Assembly (NCBI RefSeq): GCF_003334385.1
Contig: NZ_QOWN01000017.1
Direction: 5' to 3' (one strand)
Source of the DNA: Escherichia coli
GTDB lineage: Bacteria > Pseudomonadota > Gammaproteobacteria > Enterobacterales > Enterobacteriaceae
DNA length: 64,000 nt
The translations under genes were made by a program, and so were the position numbers. The notes under the pieces are model-generated. The model saw only the letters and a program-made list of their open reading frames with translations. It was not told the DNA's origin and made no database searches. Of the stretch, positions 1 to 10,546 are shown one piece after another. Numbering within the stretch: position 1 is the first letter of the stretch; the number at the start of each line of letters is the position of its first letter.

Positions 1-47
1 GTTTTCCCGCTGCCGAGAAAACCGGTGATGAGGTTGGTCCTGGTCAC
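1..47 (-). CDS. yeiR: YeiR 5' end (COG0523/CobW-type zinc-binding GTPase); partial, runs off window start
   Basis: Reverse-complement translation from GTG at 47 gives (M)TRTNLITGFLGSGK, a P-loop; GGAG 5 nt upstream; lies downstream of yeiQ as in K-12. Confidence 0.6.
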   Translation of the reverse strand, partial: MTRTNLITGFLGSGK

Positions 48-164
48 AACGGCTCCGCAATACTCTGGTAAGTTAACTGAGCGTTAATCCTGGCTAAAAA
101 AGGCAGAAAAGAGAAGGGGAGAGCGGACGAAGGTGAGCTTCATCCGCTTTAACCGCAGAAATCG

Positions 165-1631
165 TTAAATTTTGAGGGTGTTTAATAGCGCCTGATGTGC
201 GCCGAATTGTACGATTTGTTGCCAGGCTTGTTCGATGGCCTGCACAAAATGCGGGTTATCTGGCAGATCATCACCGAAAACTTCACGCAGGGAAAGCAGG
301 GCGGTTACGCGTTGTTCACTGCTGCTGCCCGCAACAAGTTCGCGAATTTTATCGCTAAGCGGATCGCGAACATCAATGGCATTTCCGGCATCATCAACGC
401 CGCTGACGTAACGCATCCAGCCTGCAACGCCTAATGCCAGCAACGACCAGTCCGTTTCGCGCCCCTGATGTATGCGAATACCTGCCAGCATGCGTTGCGG
501 TAATTTCTGGCTGCCATCCATCGCGATTTGCCAGGTCTTATGTTTCAGCGCCGGATTAGCAAAACGTGCAATTAACTTATCCGCATATTGTGTTAAATCG
601 ACATCTTTAATTTGCAGTGTCGGCGCTTGCTCATCCAGCATTAATGTTCTGGCGGCATGGCGAAATGCGCGATCCTGCATGCAATCACTGATATGGGCGA
701 ATCCTGAGAGGTAACCCAGATAAGCGAGAAAAGAGTGGCTGCCATTAAGCATCCGCAGTTTCATCTCTTCCCATGGCAGGACATCATTCACCATTTGTAC
801 ACCTGCGACTTCCCAGGCAGGACGCCCAGCGACGAAGTTATCTTCCACCACCCACTGGATAAACGGTTCGCAGCTAATCGCGCAGGGATCATTCACCCCC
901 AGATGCTGGCTGATTTCCACCAGTGATTCGTCGGTTGCAGCCGGAACAATGCGGTCGACCATGGTTCCCGGAAAACTGACGTGCTCTTTTATCCACCCGG
1001 CGAGTTCTGGCGAACGTTTTTCTGCCATTCCCAGCACCGCGTTTTTCACCACATGACCATTGTCGGGAATATTGTCGCAGGAGAGCACGGTAAACGGTGT
1101 AAGGCCGCGCTCACGGCGGCGTTTCAGTGCTTCGACGAGAATACCCGGTGCGGAGTGAGGTTCTTCAGGGGTTTGTAGATCGTGAATAATCCGCGGATTA
1201 CTGGTGTCGAGTGCACCGGTGGCCGGGTCAATACAATAGCCTTTTTCGGTAATCGTCAGGGAAACAATTGCCACCTGTGGCTCGCAAAATTTCTCAATAA
1301 TTGCCGCTAAGGAATCCAGTTTTGCATTAAGGCATTCGTGAACGGCACCGACAATTATCACCTGATTGCCGTCCGCACCTTTCTCCAGCACGGTATATAA
1401 ATGGTTCTGTGCGCGGAGCTGGCTCATCAGTTGATCACCGCTGAACAAGCTGATTTCACAGATCCCCCAGTCGCCGCCCTGGGCATTCAGCACACGATCG
1501 GTCAGTAACGCCTGATGAGCGCGGTGAAAGGCTCCAAAGCCAAAATGAACGATACGTGATTGCAACTGCTGGCGATCATAGCGTGGAGCGTGTACATGAT
1601 GCGGGAGCGTAACGGAGGCGATTGTATTCAT
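165..1631 (-). CDS. yeiQ: YeiQ, mannitol-dehydrogenase-family oxidoreductase (488 aa)
   Basis: Track ORF 165..1640; GFGAFHRAH Rossmann motif; start placed at ATG 1631 (MNTIASV...) instead of upstream GTG. Confidence 0.9.
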   Translation of the reverse strand: MNTIASVTLPHHVHAPRYDRQQLQSRIVHFGFGAFHRAHQALLTDRVLNAQGGDWGICEISLFSGDQLMSQLRAQNHLYTVLEKGADGNQVIIVGAVHECLNAKLDSLAAIIEKFCEPQVAIVSLTITEKGYCIDPATGALDTSNPRIIHDLQTPEEPHSAPGILVEALKRRRERGLTPFTVLSCDNIPDNGHVVKNAVLGMAEKRSPELAGWIKEHVSFPGTMVDRIVPAATDESLVEISQHLGVNDPCAISCEPFIQWVVEDNFVAGRPAWEVAGVQMVNDVLPWEEMKLRMLNGSHSFLAYLGYLSGFAHISDCMQDRAFRHAARTLMLDEQAPTLQIKDVDLTQYADKLIARFANPALKHKTWQIAMDGSQKLPQRMLAGIRIHQGRETDWSLLALGVAGWMRYVSGVDDAGNAIDVRDPLSDKIRELVAGSSSEQRVTALLSLREVFGDDLPDNPHFVQAIEQAWQQIVQFGAHQALLNTLKI

Positions 1632-1853
1632 AGGAGTCACGTCTTAGTAACGATTAATTAACAACGACAGTGTAAAGTTATATGACAGCAATTGAAATTG
1701 GTCTGGATTGTTAATGCGATGAAGTGTGAGGGCGATCAATCAACGAGTGAAAATTGAGGGCGTAAGGTGTTCAGGAAGCGCAAAATAGAAGATTGGTATA
1801 ATAAATTAAAAAAGGGACAGCCTGAGCTATCCCTTTTCTGCATGCGGCTGAAG

Positions 1854-2426
1854 TTAGTCAGCACGCCCCATATAACGGCGTTCTTCGATATGGATACGAA
1901 TTTTTTCGCCCGGGCTTAAGTATTCTGGTACCTGAATCACCAGACCAGTGCTCAATGTCGCCGGTTTGTTACGGGCGCTGGCAGATGCCCCTTTGATGCC
2001 TGGTGCGGTTTCAACGATTTCCAGATCAACGGTCTGCGGCAGCTCAAGCGCCAGCAGTTGACCGTCCCAGGTCAGCACCTGCATGTCCGGCATGCCGCCC
2101 TCTGGCATAAACAGCAACTCTTCTTCAATCTGATCTTTGGTGAAGGTATACGGGGTATAGTCTTCTTTATCCATAAAGACATATTCGTTGCCATCGACAT
2201 AGGAGAAGTCAACGTAACGGCGGGTCAGCGTCACGGTGTCAACGATATCATCACCTTTGAAACGCTCTTCTACTTTCAGCCCGGTACGGACATCAGAAAA
2301 ACGCATTTTGTACAGCGTAGCGGCACCGCGGGCAGTGGGCGACTGAATATCAATATCCTTAACCAGCAGCAGTTTGCCGTTGTAATTCAGTACCATACCT
2401 TTTTTAATTTCGTTCGCTCTTGGCAT
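1854..2426 (-). CDS. yeiP: Elongation factor P-like protein YeiP/EfpL (190 aa)
   Basis: Track ORF 1854..2681 is over-extended; conserved protein begins at internal ATG ([10 protein letters not shown]...). Confidence 0.9.
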
Positions 2427-2580
2427 CGAAAAATTCCTGTAGTCGAAAATGTCAAAAATATCGCGACAAAGTACTCGCGACGGGCCTTTCGGGCAAGTGG
2501 TATTCGCACTTTTGCTGGTGCAAAAAAGGTGGTACTGTGCGCGCTCATCAATCCGGTGGTTAACCTTAAGAGAACAACGT

Positions 2581-2835
2581 ATGGAATGCCGTCCGGGTTG
2601 CGGGGCGTGTTGCACTGCCCCTTCAATTTCCAGCCCTATTCCCGGTATGCCAGATGGCAAGCCCGCCAATACGCCCTGCATTCAGCTTGATGAACAGCAA
2701 CGCTGTAAAATTTTCACCTCGCCACTGCGACCGAAAGTCTGTGCAGGCTTACAAGCCAGCGCTGAAATGTGCGGTAACTCGCGTCAGCAGGCCATGACCT
2801 GGCTTATCGATCTGGAAATGCTGACCGCGCCTTAA
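2581..2835 (+). CDS. yeiW: YeiW, UPF0153 cysteine-cluster protein (84 aa)
   Basis: Internal ATG of track ORF 2449..2835 ([11 protein letters not shown]...); 3' end overlaps setB 3' end by 4 nt (convergent). Confidence 0.85.
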
Positions 2836-4013
2836 ACATCTTTAATCCGCAGTAAGCAAAACAGAGTGGCGATAATCATCACCATCGCAAACCAGAACAC
2901 AGCGTGATAATTCCAGATCTCGGCGACGATGCCCGCCACTGATCCTGCGATGATCCAGCCCACGCGCGAAGTGTTGGTATAGAGCGTGGTGGCTGAACCC
3001 GCCTGACCGGGCATCAGATCCTGAAAATAGAGCATCCCGATGCCGCCCAGAATGCCAATAAAAATAGCATTTAGCAGCTGCAAGCCCAACAGAATGACAG
3101 GTGAATGCGCCATCAGCATTCCTGCGTAAAAACAGACGCCACCCACGGCAGCAACGCGCATTAAGAAACGCTTACCCAGACGTTTGGCGAAATATCCGGC
3201 AATCAACATCGTCGGGATTTCCAGCCCGGCGGCGGTCCCCATCATCACACCGGCCAGTTTCTCGGGAAGATGCAGTTCGTTGATAATAAATAGCGGCATG
3301 TTGATGATGTACAGGCTGTTCGAGCCCCACATCAATGTACAAATGACAAACAGCAGCAGCGTATCGCGACGGTTACGGCGCGGCGCTTCGATCGTGCCGG
3401 TCGCCAGCGGAAGCTCTTTTTGCATCGACGGTAAAAACAGCCACACCATCACACCGCAAACAATAAACGCTACCGCTGCGCTCAGATACATTACCGTAAA
3501 GCTGAAACCCATCGCTAAGGCATAAGCCAGCGGTGGGCCAATGACCCATGCCAGTGAAACCTGAGCGCGTAAAAAAGAGCTGAACATCACCGCCTCACGT
3601 CCGGTTTTGTCGGCATGTTCACGGGCAAGGGCAAACATTTGCGGGTTAGCGGTCGAGCCAAAGCTGCTAAGAAAGACGCCAACGAATAGCAAAACAAAGT
3701 AGTTGCGATTCCAGGCAAAAAGGGTGCAGGCCAGCACGCCTAACAGGCAGCAAAAGACAATCAGCGATTTGCGATCGCCGCGCTTATCAGAGCGCCCGGC
3801 GAGAAACTGACTTACCAGAATCCCAATGACAGCGCTGCCGGTAAAGAAGAATCCCACCATCGCCGGACGGGCATGTACTTCATCGGTAAGAAAAATACTG
3901 AGTGTCGGGGTTTGCAGAGCGCCCGCAATACCGGTGAGAAAGGCAACGATTAAAAACGCCGTCGAGGTCAGGTCAAACGATTTCGCGCTGGAGACTGCGG
4001 GGGAGTTATGCAT
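2832..4013 (-). CDS. setB: Sugar efflux transporter SetB (MFS)
   Basis: 393-aa ORF, multi-TM, matches SetB from start [11 protein letters not shown]. Confidence 0.93.
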
Positions 4014-4278
4014 GCTGGTCGATCACTGGAAGAGGAAGACGCGGAGTTTACGCTGCTTGTCAGAAAATAAACAGACAGCGAAATCAAAAGCGCCACGAAT
4101 AGTCAAAATGCCATTTCACTGTTGCTGATTGGCTGCTGACGCTGCTGAAATGAAATTGCTGATAACGGATTTTCCCATCAGCAATTAGGAAAAATGGCAA
4201 AAAATTGTGCAGCACATCAAACTTTTGCTCATAACTTTACGGCTTTCCTTGCGTGCTGAAACAGAAGTATTATGCTTT

Positions 4279-4294
4279 CTTGAAACGTTTCAGC
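4279..4294 (+). promoter_or_regulatory. Cra (FruR) operator in fruBKA promoter, palindrome TGAAACGTTTCA
   Basis: Perfect 12-bp palindrome cttGAAACGTTTCAgc about 90 bp upstream of fruB; a half-site GCTGAAAC lies at 4255..4262. Confidence 0.75.
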
Positions 4295-4345
4295 GCGATC
4301 TTGTCTTTAACCCTAAGCCAGGTTGGCGCTTTTTTTCTCATAGAG

Positions 4346-4366
4346 GCTGAATCGTTTCAATTCAGC
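4346..4366 (+). promoter_or_regulatory. Second Cra operator (GCTGAATCGTTTCAATTCAGC) in fruB leader
   Basis: Near-consensus Cra site GCTGAATCGTTTCA with extended dyad, 15 bp upstream of the fruB ATG. Confidence 0.75.
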
Positions 4367-4380
4367 AAGAGAGGAGAACT

Positions 4381-5511
4381 ATGTTCCAGTTATCCGTACA
4401 GGACATCCATCCGGGCGAAAAGGCCGGAGACAAAGAAGAGGCGATTCGCCAGGTCGCTGCGGCGCTGGTGCAGGCCGGTAATGTAGCAGAAGGCTACGTC
4501 AATGGCATGCTGGCGCGCGAACAGCAAACCTCAACGTTCCTCGGCAATGGTATTGCTATTCCACACGGCACTACCGACACCCGCGATCAGGTGCTGAAAA
4601 CCGGCGTTCAGGTATTTCAGTTCCCGGAAGGCGTCACCTGGGGTGACGGTCAGGTAGCGTACGTGGCAATCGGTATTGCTGCCAGCTCGGATGAACATCT
4701 GGGCCTGCTACGCCAGCTGACCCACGTACTGAGCGATGATTCCGTTGCTGAACAACTGAAGTCAGCAACAACAGCAGAAGAACTTCGCGCATTACTGATG
4801 GGCGAAAAGCAGAGTGAGCAGCTGAAGCTCGACAACGAAATGCTGACACTGGATATCGTCGCCAGCGATCTGCTGACTCTTCAGGCGCTGAACGCTGCGC
4901 GTCTGAAAGAGGCGGGGGCAGTTGACGCCACTTTCGTCACCAAAGCCATCAATGAACAACCGCTGAATCTCGGACAGGGTATCTGGCTGAGCGATAGCGC
5001 CGAAGGCAATCTGCGTAGCGCGATTGCGGTAAGCCGTGCGGCAAATGCTTTTGATGTGGACGGCGAAACGGCAGCCATGCTGGTGAGTGTGGCGATGAAT
5101 GACGATCAGCCCATCGCGGTTCTTAAGCGTCTCGCTGATTTATTGCTCGACAATAAAGCTGACCGCTTGCTGAAAGCGGATGCGGCAACGTTGCTGGCGC
5201 TGCTGACCAGCGATGATGCGCCGACCGACGACGTGTTAAGCGCGGAGTTTGTGGTGCGCAATGAACACGGCCTGCATGCTCGTCCAGGTACCATGCTGGT
5301 CAATACCATTAAACAATTTAACAGTGATATTACCGTGACAAACCTTGATGGTACCGGCAAACCGGCAAACGGACGTAGTCTGATGAAAGTTGTGGCACTT
5401 GGCGTTAAGAAAGGTCATCGCCTACGCTTTACCGCCCAGGGTGCAGATGCTGAACAGGCGCTGAAAGCAATCGGCGACGCTATCGCTGCTGGTCTTGGGG
5501 AGGGCGCATAA
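4381..5511 (+). CDS. fruB: Fructose PTS multiphosphoryl transfer protein FruB (EIIA-Fru / FPr)
   Basis: 376-aa ORF; strong SD GAGAGGAG; HPr-like C-terminal domain (HARPG); stop overlaps fruK start. Confidence 0.95.
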
Positions 5512-6449
5512 TGAGCAGACGTGTTGCTACTATCACCCTTAATCCGGCTTATGACCTTGTTGGTTTCTGCCCGGAAATTGAACGCGGCGAAGTGAACCTG
5601 GTGAAAACCACCGGTCTGCATGCGGCGGGTAAAGGCATCAACGTGGCCAAAGTATTAAAAGACCTGGGAATTGATGTCACCGTTGGCGGCTTCCTGGGTA
5701 AAGACAATCAGGATGGTTTTCAGCAACTGTTCAGCGAGCTGGGCATTGCCAACCGTTTCCAGGTTGTACAGGGGCGCACCCGAATTAACGTTAAGCTGAC
5801 GGAAAAAGACGGCGAAGTGACCGACTTCAACTTCTCGGGTTTTGAAGTCACCCCCGCCGACTGGGAACGCTTTGTGACTGATTCTCTGAGCTGGCTCGGT
5901 CAGTTCGATATGGTCTGTGTCAGCGGAAGCTTACCGTCAGGCGTCAGCCCGGAAGCGTTCACCGACTGGATGACTCGCCTGCGTAGTCAGTGTCCTTGCA
6001 TTATCTTTGATAGTAGCCGTGAAGCGTTAGTAGCAGGTTTGAAAGCGGCACCGTGGCTGGTGAAACCTAACCGCCGCGAGCTGGAAATCTGGGCAGGCCG
6101 TAAACTGCCTGAAATGAAAGATGTGATTGAAGCTGCACATGCGCTACGTGAACAAGGCATCGCGCATGTTGTTATTTCACTGGGTGCCGAAGGCGCGCTT
6201 TGGGTTAATGCCTCCGGCGAATGGATCGCCAAACCACCGTCAGTCGATGTCGTAAGCACCGTTGGCGCAGGGGATTCTATGGTTGGTGGCCTGATTTATG
6301 GCTTGCTGATGCGTGAATCCAGTGAACACACACTGCGTCTGGCGACAGCTGTTGCAGCCCTGGCGGTAAGTCAAAGCAATGTGGGTATTACCGATCGTCC
6401 GCAGTTGGCCGCAATGATGGCGCGCGTCGACTTACAACCTTTTAACTGA
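5511..6449 (+). CDS. fruK: 1-phosphofructokinase (PfkB family)
   Basis: 312-aa ORF; PfkB motifs GAGDSMVGG; operon position. Confidence 0.95.
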   Translation: MSRRVATITLNPAYDLVGFCPEIERGEVNLVKTTGLHAAGKGINVAKVLKDLGIDVTVGGFLGKDNQDGFQQLFSELGIANRFQVVQGRTRINVKLTEKDGEVTDFNFSGFEVTPADWERFVTDSLSWLGQFDMVCVSGSLPSGVSPEAFTDWMTRLRSQCPCIIFDSSREALVAGLKAAPWLVKPNRRELEIWAGRKLPEMKDVIEAAHALREQGIAHVVISLGAEGALWVNASGEWIAKPPSVDVVSTVGAGDSMVGGLIYGLLMRESSEHTLRLATAVAALAVSQSNVGITDRPQLAAMMARVDLQPFN

Positions 6450-6465
6450 CAGCAGGAGAGGCATA

Positions 6466-8157
6466 ATGAAAACGCTGCTGATTATTGACGCTAATCTCGG
6501 TCAGGCACGCGCCTATATGGCGAAGACCCTGCTGGGCGCGGCGGCGCGAAAAGCAAAACTGGAAATCATCGACAATCCGAACGACGCTGAAATGGCGATT
6601 GTTCTCGGTGATTCCATCCCGAACGACAGCGCGCTGAACGGTAAAAATGTCTGGCTGGGCGATATTTCCCGGGCAGTTGCGCACCCTGAGCTGTTCCTGA
6701 GTGAAGCCAAAGGCCATGCGAAACCTTACACTGCGCCGGTCGCTGCGACAGCACCAGTTGCCGCCAGCGGTCCGAAACGCGTAGTTGCGGTGACTGCTTG
6801 CCCGACTGGCGTAGCACACACCTTTATGGCGGCTGAAGCCATTGAAACCGAAGCGAAAAAACGTGGCTGGTGGGTGAAAGTTGAAACCCGTGGTTCTGTT
6901 GGCGCGGGTAATGCAATCACTCCCGAAGAAGTCGCAGCAGCGGATCTGGTGATTGTGGCGGCAGATATCGAAGTGGATCTGGCGAAATTTGCTGGTAAAC
7001 CGATGTATCGTACCTCTACCGGTCTGGCGCTGAAGAAAACCGCGCAGGAACTGGATAAAGCGGTTGCTGAAGCAACGCCGTATGAACCGGCGGGCAAAGC
7101 TCAAACGGCGACCACTGAAAGTAAGAAAGAGAGTGCAGGCGCATACCGTCACTTGCTGACGGGCGTTTCTTACATGCTGCCGATGGTCGTTGCAGGTGGT
7201 CTGTGTATCGCGCTTTCTTTTGCTTTTGGTATCGAAGCGTTTAAAGAGCCGGGTACGTTGGCTGCGGCGCTGATGCAGATTGGTGGTGGTTCAGCCTTTG
7301 CGCTGATGGTGCCGGTACTGGCAGGTTATATTGCCTTTTCCATTGCCGATCGTCCGGGCCTCACTCCGGGTCTGATTGGCGGTATGCTGGCGGTCAGCAC
7401 CGGTTCTGGCTTCATTGGTGGTATTATTGCGGGCTTCCTGGCTGGTTACATTGCGAAGTTAATCAGTACGCAATTGAAACTGCCACAGAGTATGGAGGCG
7501 CTGAAACCGATCCTGATCATTCCGCTAATTTCCAGTCTGGTGGTCGGTCTGGCGATGATCTACCTGATCGGTAAACCAGTTGCTGGCATTCTCGAAGGGC
7601 TGACTCACTGGCTGCAGACCATGGGGACTGCGAATGCGGTTCTGCTGGGGGCGATCCTCGGTGGCATGATGTGTACTGACATGGGCGGTCCGGTAAACAA
7701 AGCAGCGTACGCATTCGGTGTGGGTCTGCTGAGTACTCAAACCTATGGCCCGATGGCGGCGATTATGGCGGCAGGTATGGTGCCACCGCTGGCAATGGGT
7801 CTGGCAACAATGGTGGCGCGTCGCAAATTCGACAAAGCGCAGCAGGAAGGTGGCAAAGCCGCTCTGGTATTGGGACTGTGCTTCATTTCGGAAGGTGCAA
7901 TTCCGTTTGCTGCTCGTGATCCGATGCGTGTGCTGCCGTGCTGTATCGTGGGTGGGGCGCTGACTGGCGCAATCTCAATGGCGATTGGTGCGAAACTGAT
8001 GGCACCGCACGGTGGTCTGTTTGTTCTGCTGATCCCTGGCGCTATTACGCCGGTATTGGGTTACCTGGTAGCAATTATTGCCGGTACGCTGGTGGCGGGT
8101 TTGGCCTATGCCTTCCTGAAACGTCCGGAAGTGGACGCAGTAGCGAAAGCAGCGTAA
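6466..8157 (+). CDS. fruA: PTS fructose-specific EIIB'BC component
   Basis: 563-aa ORF, duplicated IIB domains plus polytopic IIC. Confidence 0.95.
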   Translation: MKTLLIIDANLGQARAYMAKTLLGAAARKAKLEIIDNPNDAEMAIVLGDSIPNDSALNGKNVWLGDISRAVAHPELFLSEAKGHAKPYTAPVAATAPVAASGPKRVVAVTACPTGVAHTFMAAEAIETEAKKRGWWVKVETRGSVGAGNAITPEEVAAADLVIVAADIEVDLAKFAGKPMYRTSTGLALKKTAQELDKAVAEATPYEPAGKAQTATTESKKESAGAYRHLLTGVSYMLPMVVAGGLCIALSFAFGIEAFKEPGTLAAALMQIGGGSAFALMVPVLAGYIAFSIADRPGLTPGLIGGMLAVSTGSGFIGGIIAGFLAGYIAKLISTQLKLPQSMEALKPILIIPLISSLVVGLAMIYLIGKPVAGILEGLTHWLQTMGTANAVLLGAILGGMMCTDMGGPVNKAAYAFGVGLLSTQTYGPMAAIMAAGMVPPLAMGLATMVARRKFDKAQQEGGKAALVLGLCFISEGAIPFAARDPMRVLPCCIVGGALTGAISMAIGAKLMAPHGGLFVLLIPGAITPVLGYLVAIIAGTLVAGLAYAFLKRPEVDAVAKAA

Positions 8158-8314
8158 TAAAAGGTGTGTTACAGGGCAGAAATTTCCTGTCCTGTAACAT
8201 TTGATGAGCGCAAAGAGAATGACCGGTTTGTGAATGTAATTTTATGAATTTAAATGGTTTTATCTTTCAGTAGAAACTTCAAACGTTCATCAAACACTCA
8301 GGTTATTTCCTCAA

Positions 8315-8341
8315 GGGCAGATTATTTTCTGCCCTTTTTTA
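8315..8341 (+). terminator. Rho-independent terminator downstream of fruA
   Basis: GGGCAGA-loop-TCTGCCC followed by TTTTTT; an imperfect 13-bp inverted repeat at 8167..8199 precedes it. Confidence 0.6.
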
Positions 8342-8579
8342 TTGTTCTGTTCTGTGCATCCCGTCACAAATTCCTCGCTTTTGTAATTCAGGCATTTAAT
8401 CGCATTTTGTGAGCCTGCTCAAATCTGCCCATTTTGCCTCTCTGGCGGTAATTTACTTTACGTAAAACATGCATACTATGAGCACATGTTTAAATATGAA
8501 CACATGTTTAAACCGTCTTTGCAGTATCTATATTCTTGTGGATTGACAGGGTTGGTAATTTTTTACCAGAGGACGTGCT

Positions 8580-9521
8580 ATGCGCGAAAAGGATTATGTC
8601 GTAATTATAGGTTCGGCGAATATTGATGTCGCCGGATATTCACATGAATCATTAAATTATGCGGATTCAAATCCAGGTAAAATAAAATTTACGCCTGGTG
8701 GAGTAGGGCGCAATATTGCACAAAACCTGGCGTTGCTGGGTAACAAAGCCTGGCTACTGAGCGCCGTAGGCAGTGATTTTTATGGTCAATCGCTGCTAAC
8801 GCAAACCAATCAATCTGGCGTTTATGTCGATAAATGCCTGATTGTGCCGGGAGAAAATACGTCGAGTTATTTATCATTACTCGATAATACCGGTGAAATG
8901 CTGGTTGCTATAAATGACATGAATATTAGCAACGCTATTACAGCTGAATATCTCGCACAGCACGGTGAATTTATTCAGAGGGCAAAGGTCATTGTCGCGG
9001 ACTGTAATATCAGTGAAGAGGCACTGGCATGGATTCTGGATAATGCCGCCAACGTACCCGTATTTGTCGATCCGGTTTCGGCATGGAAATGTGTCAAAGT
9101 GCGCGACCGTCTAAATCAGATCCACACTCTCAAGCCAAACCGCCTTGAAGCGGAAACCCTGAGTGGGATTGCGCTGTCAGGGCGTGAAGATGTGGCAAAA
9201 GTTGCTGCCTGGTTCCATCAACATGGCCTGAACCGACTGGTATTGAGCATGGGCGGCGACGGCGTTTATTACAGCGATATCAGCGGTGAAAGTGGCTGGT
9301 CTGCGCCGATCAAAACCAATGTTATTAATGTTACCGGAGCGGGCGATGCCATGATGGCGGGACTTGCTTCGTGTTGGGTAGACGGAATGCCGTTTGCCGA
9401 ATCTGTTCGTTTCGCACAGGGATGTTCGTCAATGGCGCTCTCCTGTGAATACACCAATAACCCCGATTTATCGATTGCCAACGTTATATCGTTAGTGGAG
9501 AACGCAGAATGTCTGAATTAA
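8580..9521 (+). CDS. psuK: Pseudouridine kinase (PfkB family)
   Basis: 313-aa ORF; PfkB motifs (GGVGRN, TGAGDAM). Confidence 0.9.
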   Translation: MREKDYVVIIGSANIDVAGYSHESLNYADSNPGKIKFTPGGVGRNIAQNLALLGNKAWLLSAVGSDFYGQSLLTQTNQSGVYVDKCLIVPGENTSSYLSLLDNTGEMLVAINDMNISNAITAEYLAQHGEFIQRAKVIVADCNISEEALAWILDNAANVPVFVDPVSAWKCVKVRDRLNQIHTLKPNRLEAETLSGIALSGREDVAKVAAWFHQHGLNRLVLSMGGDGVYYSDISGESGWSAPIKTNVINVTGAGDAMMAGLASCWVDGMPFAESVRFAQGCSSMALSCEYTNNPDLSIANVISLVENAECLN

Positions 9522-10453
9522 AAATTTCCCCTGAATTATTACAAATTTCCCCGGAAGTGCAGGACGCTTTAAAAAACAAAAAACCGGTTGTGGCGCTGGA
9601 ATCGACCATTATTTCTCACGGGATGCCGTTCCCACAAAATGCCCAGACCGCAATTGAAGTTGAAGAAACTATTCGTAAACAGGGCGCTGTACCTGCCACG
9701 ATCGCCATTATTGGCGGCGTGATGAAAGTGGGGTTAAGCAAAGAAGAAATTGAATTACTGGGTCGTGAAGGGCATAACGTGACCAAAGTTAGTCGTCGCG
9801 ATTTACCTTTTGTTGTTGCCGCCGGAAAAAATGGCGCAACCACTGTGGCTTCAACGATGATTATTGCGGCGCTTGCCGGAATTAAAGTATTTGCCACCGG
9901 GGGAATTGGTGGTGTGCATCGCGGGGCGGAACATACCTTCGATATTTCTGCCGATTTGCAAGAACTGGCAAATACTAATGTCACCGTTGTTTGTGCCGGG
10001 GCGAAATCTATTCTCGATTTAGGATTAACCACTGAGTATTTAGAAACCTTCGGTGTGCCGTTAATTGGCTATCAGACTAAAGCGCTGCCTGCGTTTTTCT
10101 GCCGCACCAGCCCGTTTGACGTCAGCATTCGTCTCGACAGCGCCAGCGAAATTGCCCGTGCAATGGCGGTGAAATGGCAAAGCGGTCTGAACGGTGGCCT
10201 CGTGGTAGCGAACCCGATCCCGGAACAGTTTGCTATGCCGGAACACACTATCAATGCGGCGATCGATCAGGCGGTAGCTGAAGCTGAAGCTGAAGCTCAG
10301 GGAGTCATTGGTAAAGAAAGTACGCCATTCCTGCTGGCGCGCGTTGCTGAACTGACCGGCGGTGACAGCCTGAAATCCAACATCCAGCTGGTGTTCAACA
10401 ACGCCATTCTGGCGAGCGAAATTGCCAAAGAATATCAGCGTCTCGCGGGTTAA
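9509..10453 (+). CDS. psuG: Pseudouridine-5'-phosphate glycosidase
   Basis: 314-aa ORF; overlaps psuK by 13 nt; contains (GCTGAA)3 repeat encoding AEAEAEAQ. Confidence 0.9.
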   Translation: MSELKISPELLQISPEVQDALKNKKPVVALESTIISHGMPFPQNAQTAIEVEETIRKQGAVPATIAIIGGVMKVGLSKEEIELLGREGHNVTKVSRRDLPFVVAAGKNGATTVASTMIIAALAGIKVFATGGIGGVHRGAEHTFDISADLQELANTNVTVVCAGAKSILDLGLTTEYLETFGVPLIGYQTKALPAFFCRTSPFDVSIRLDSASEIARAMAVKWQSGLNGGLVVANPIPEQFAMPEHTINAAIDQAVAEAEAEAQGVIGKESTPFLLARVAELTGGDSLKSNIQLVFNNAILASEIAKEYQRLAG

Positions 10454-10546
10454 TTTCTGACGGGCAGAAAGCCGTCGCCCGTACTCATCAAGCATACCAA
10501 AACCTGGCGCTGACGCCGGGTTTACCGGCATGAAGGGAAAATCATT

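Noticed and set aside
195-1178. Plus-strand track ORFs (195..434, 472..714, 735..926, 981..1178) inside yeiQ
   Set aside because: Antisense shadow ORFs within a well-supported conserved gene; no SD or independent support. The same applies to many other antisense or overlapping track ORFs inside fruA, setB, bglX, cirA, dld and others.
4206-4221. CRP site in the fruB promoter (ttgtgcagcacatcaa)
   Set aside because: Only one half-site resembles TGTGA; spacing and second half-site are poor.
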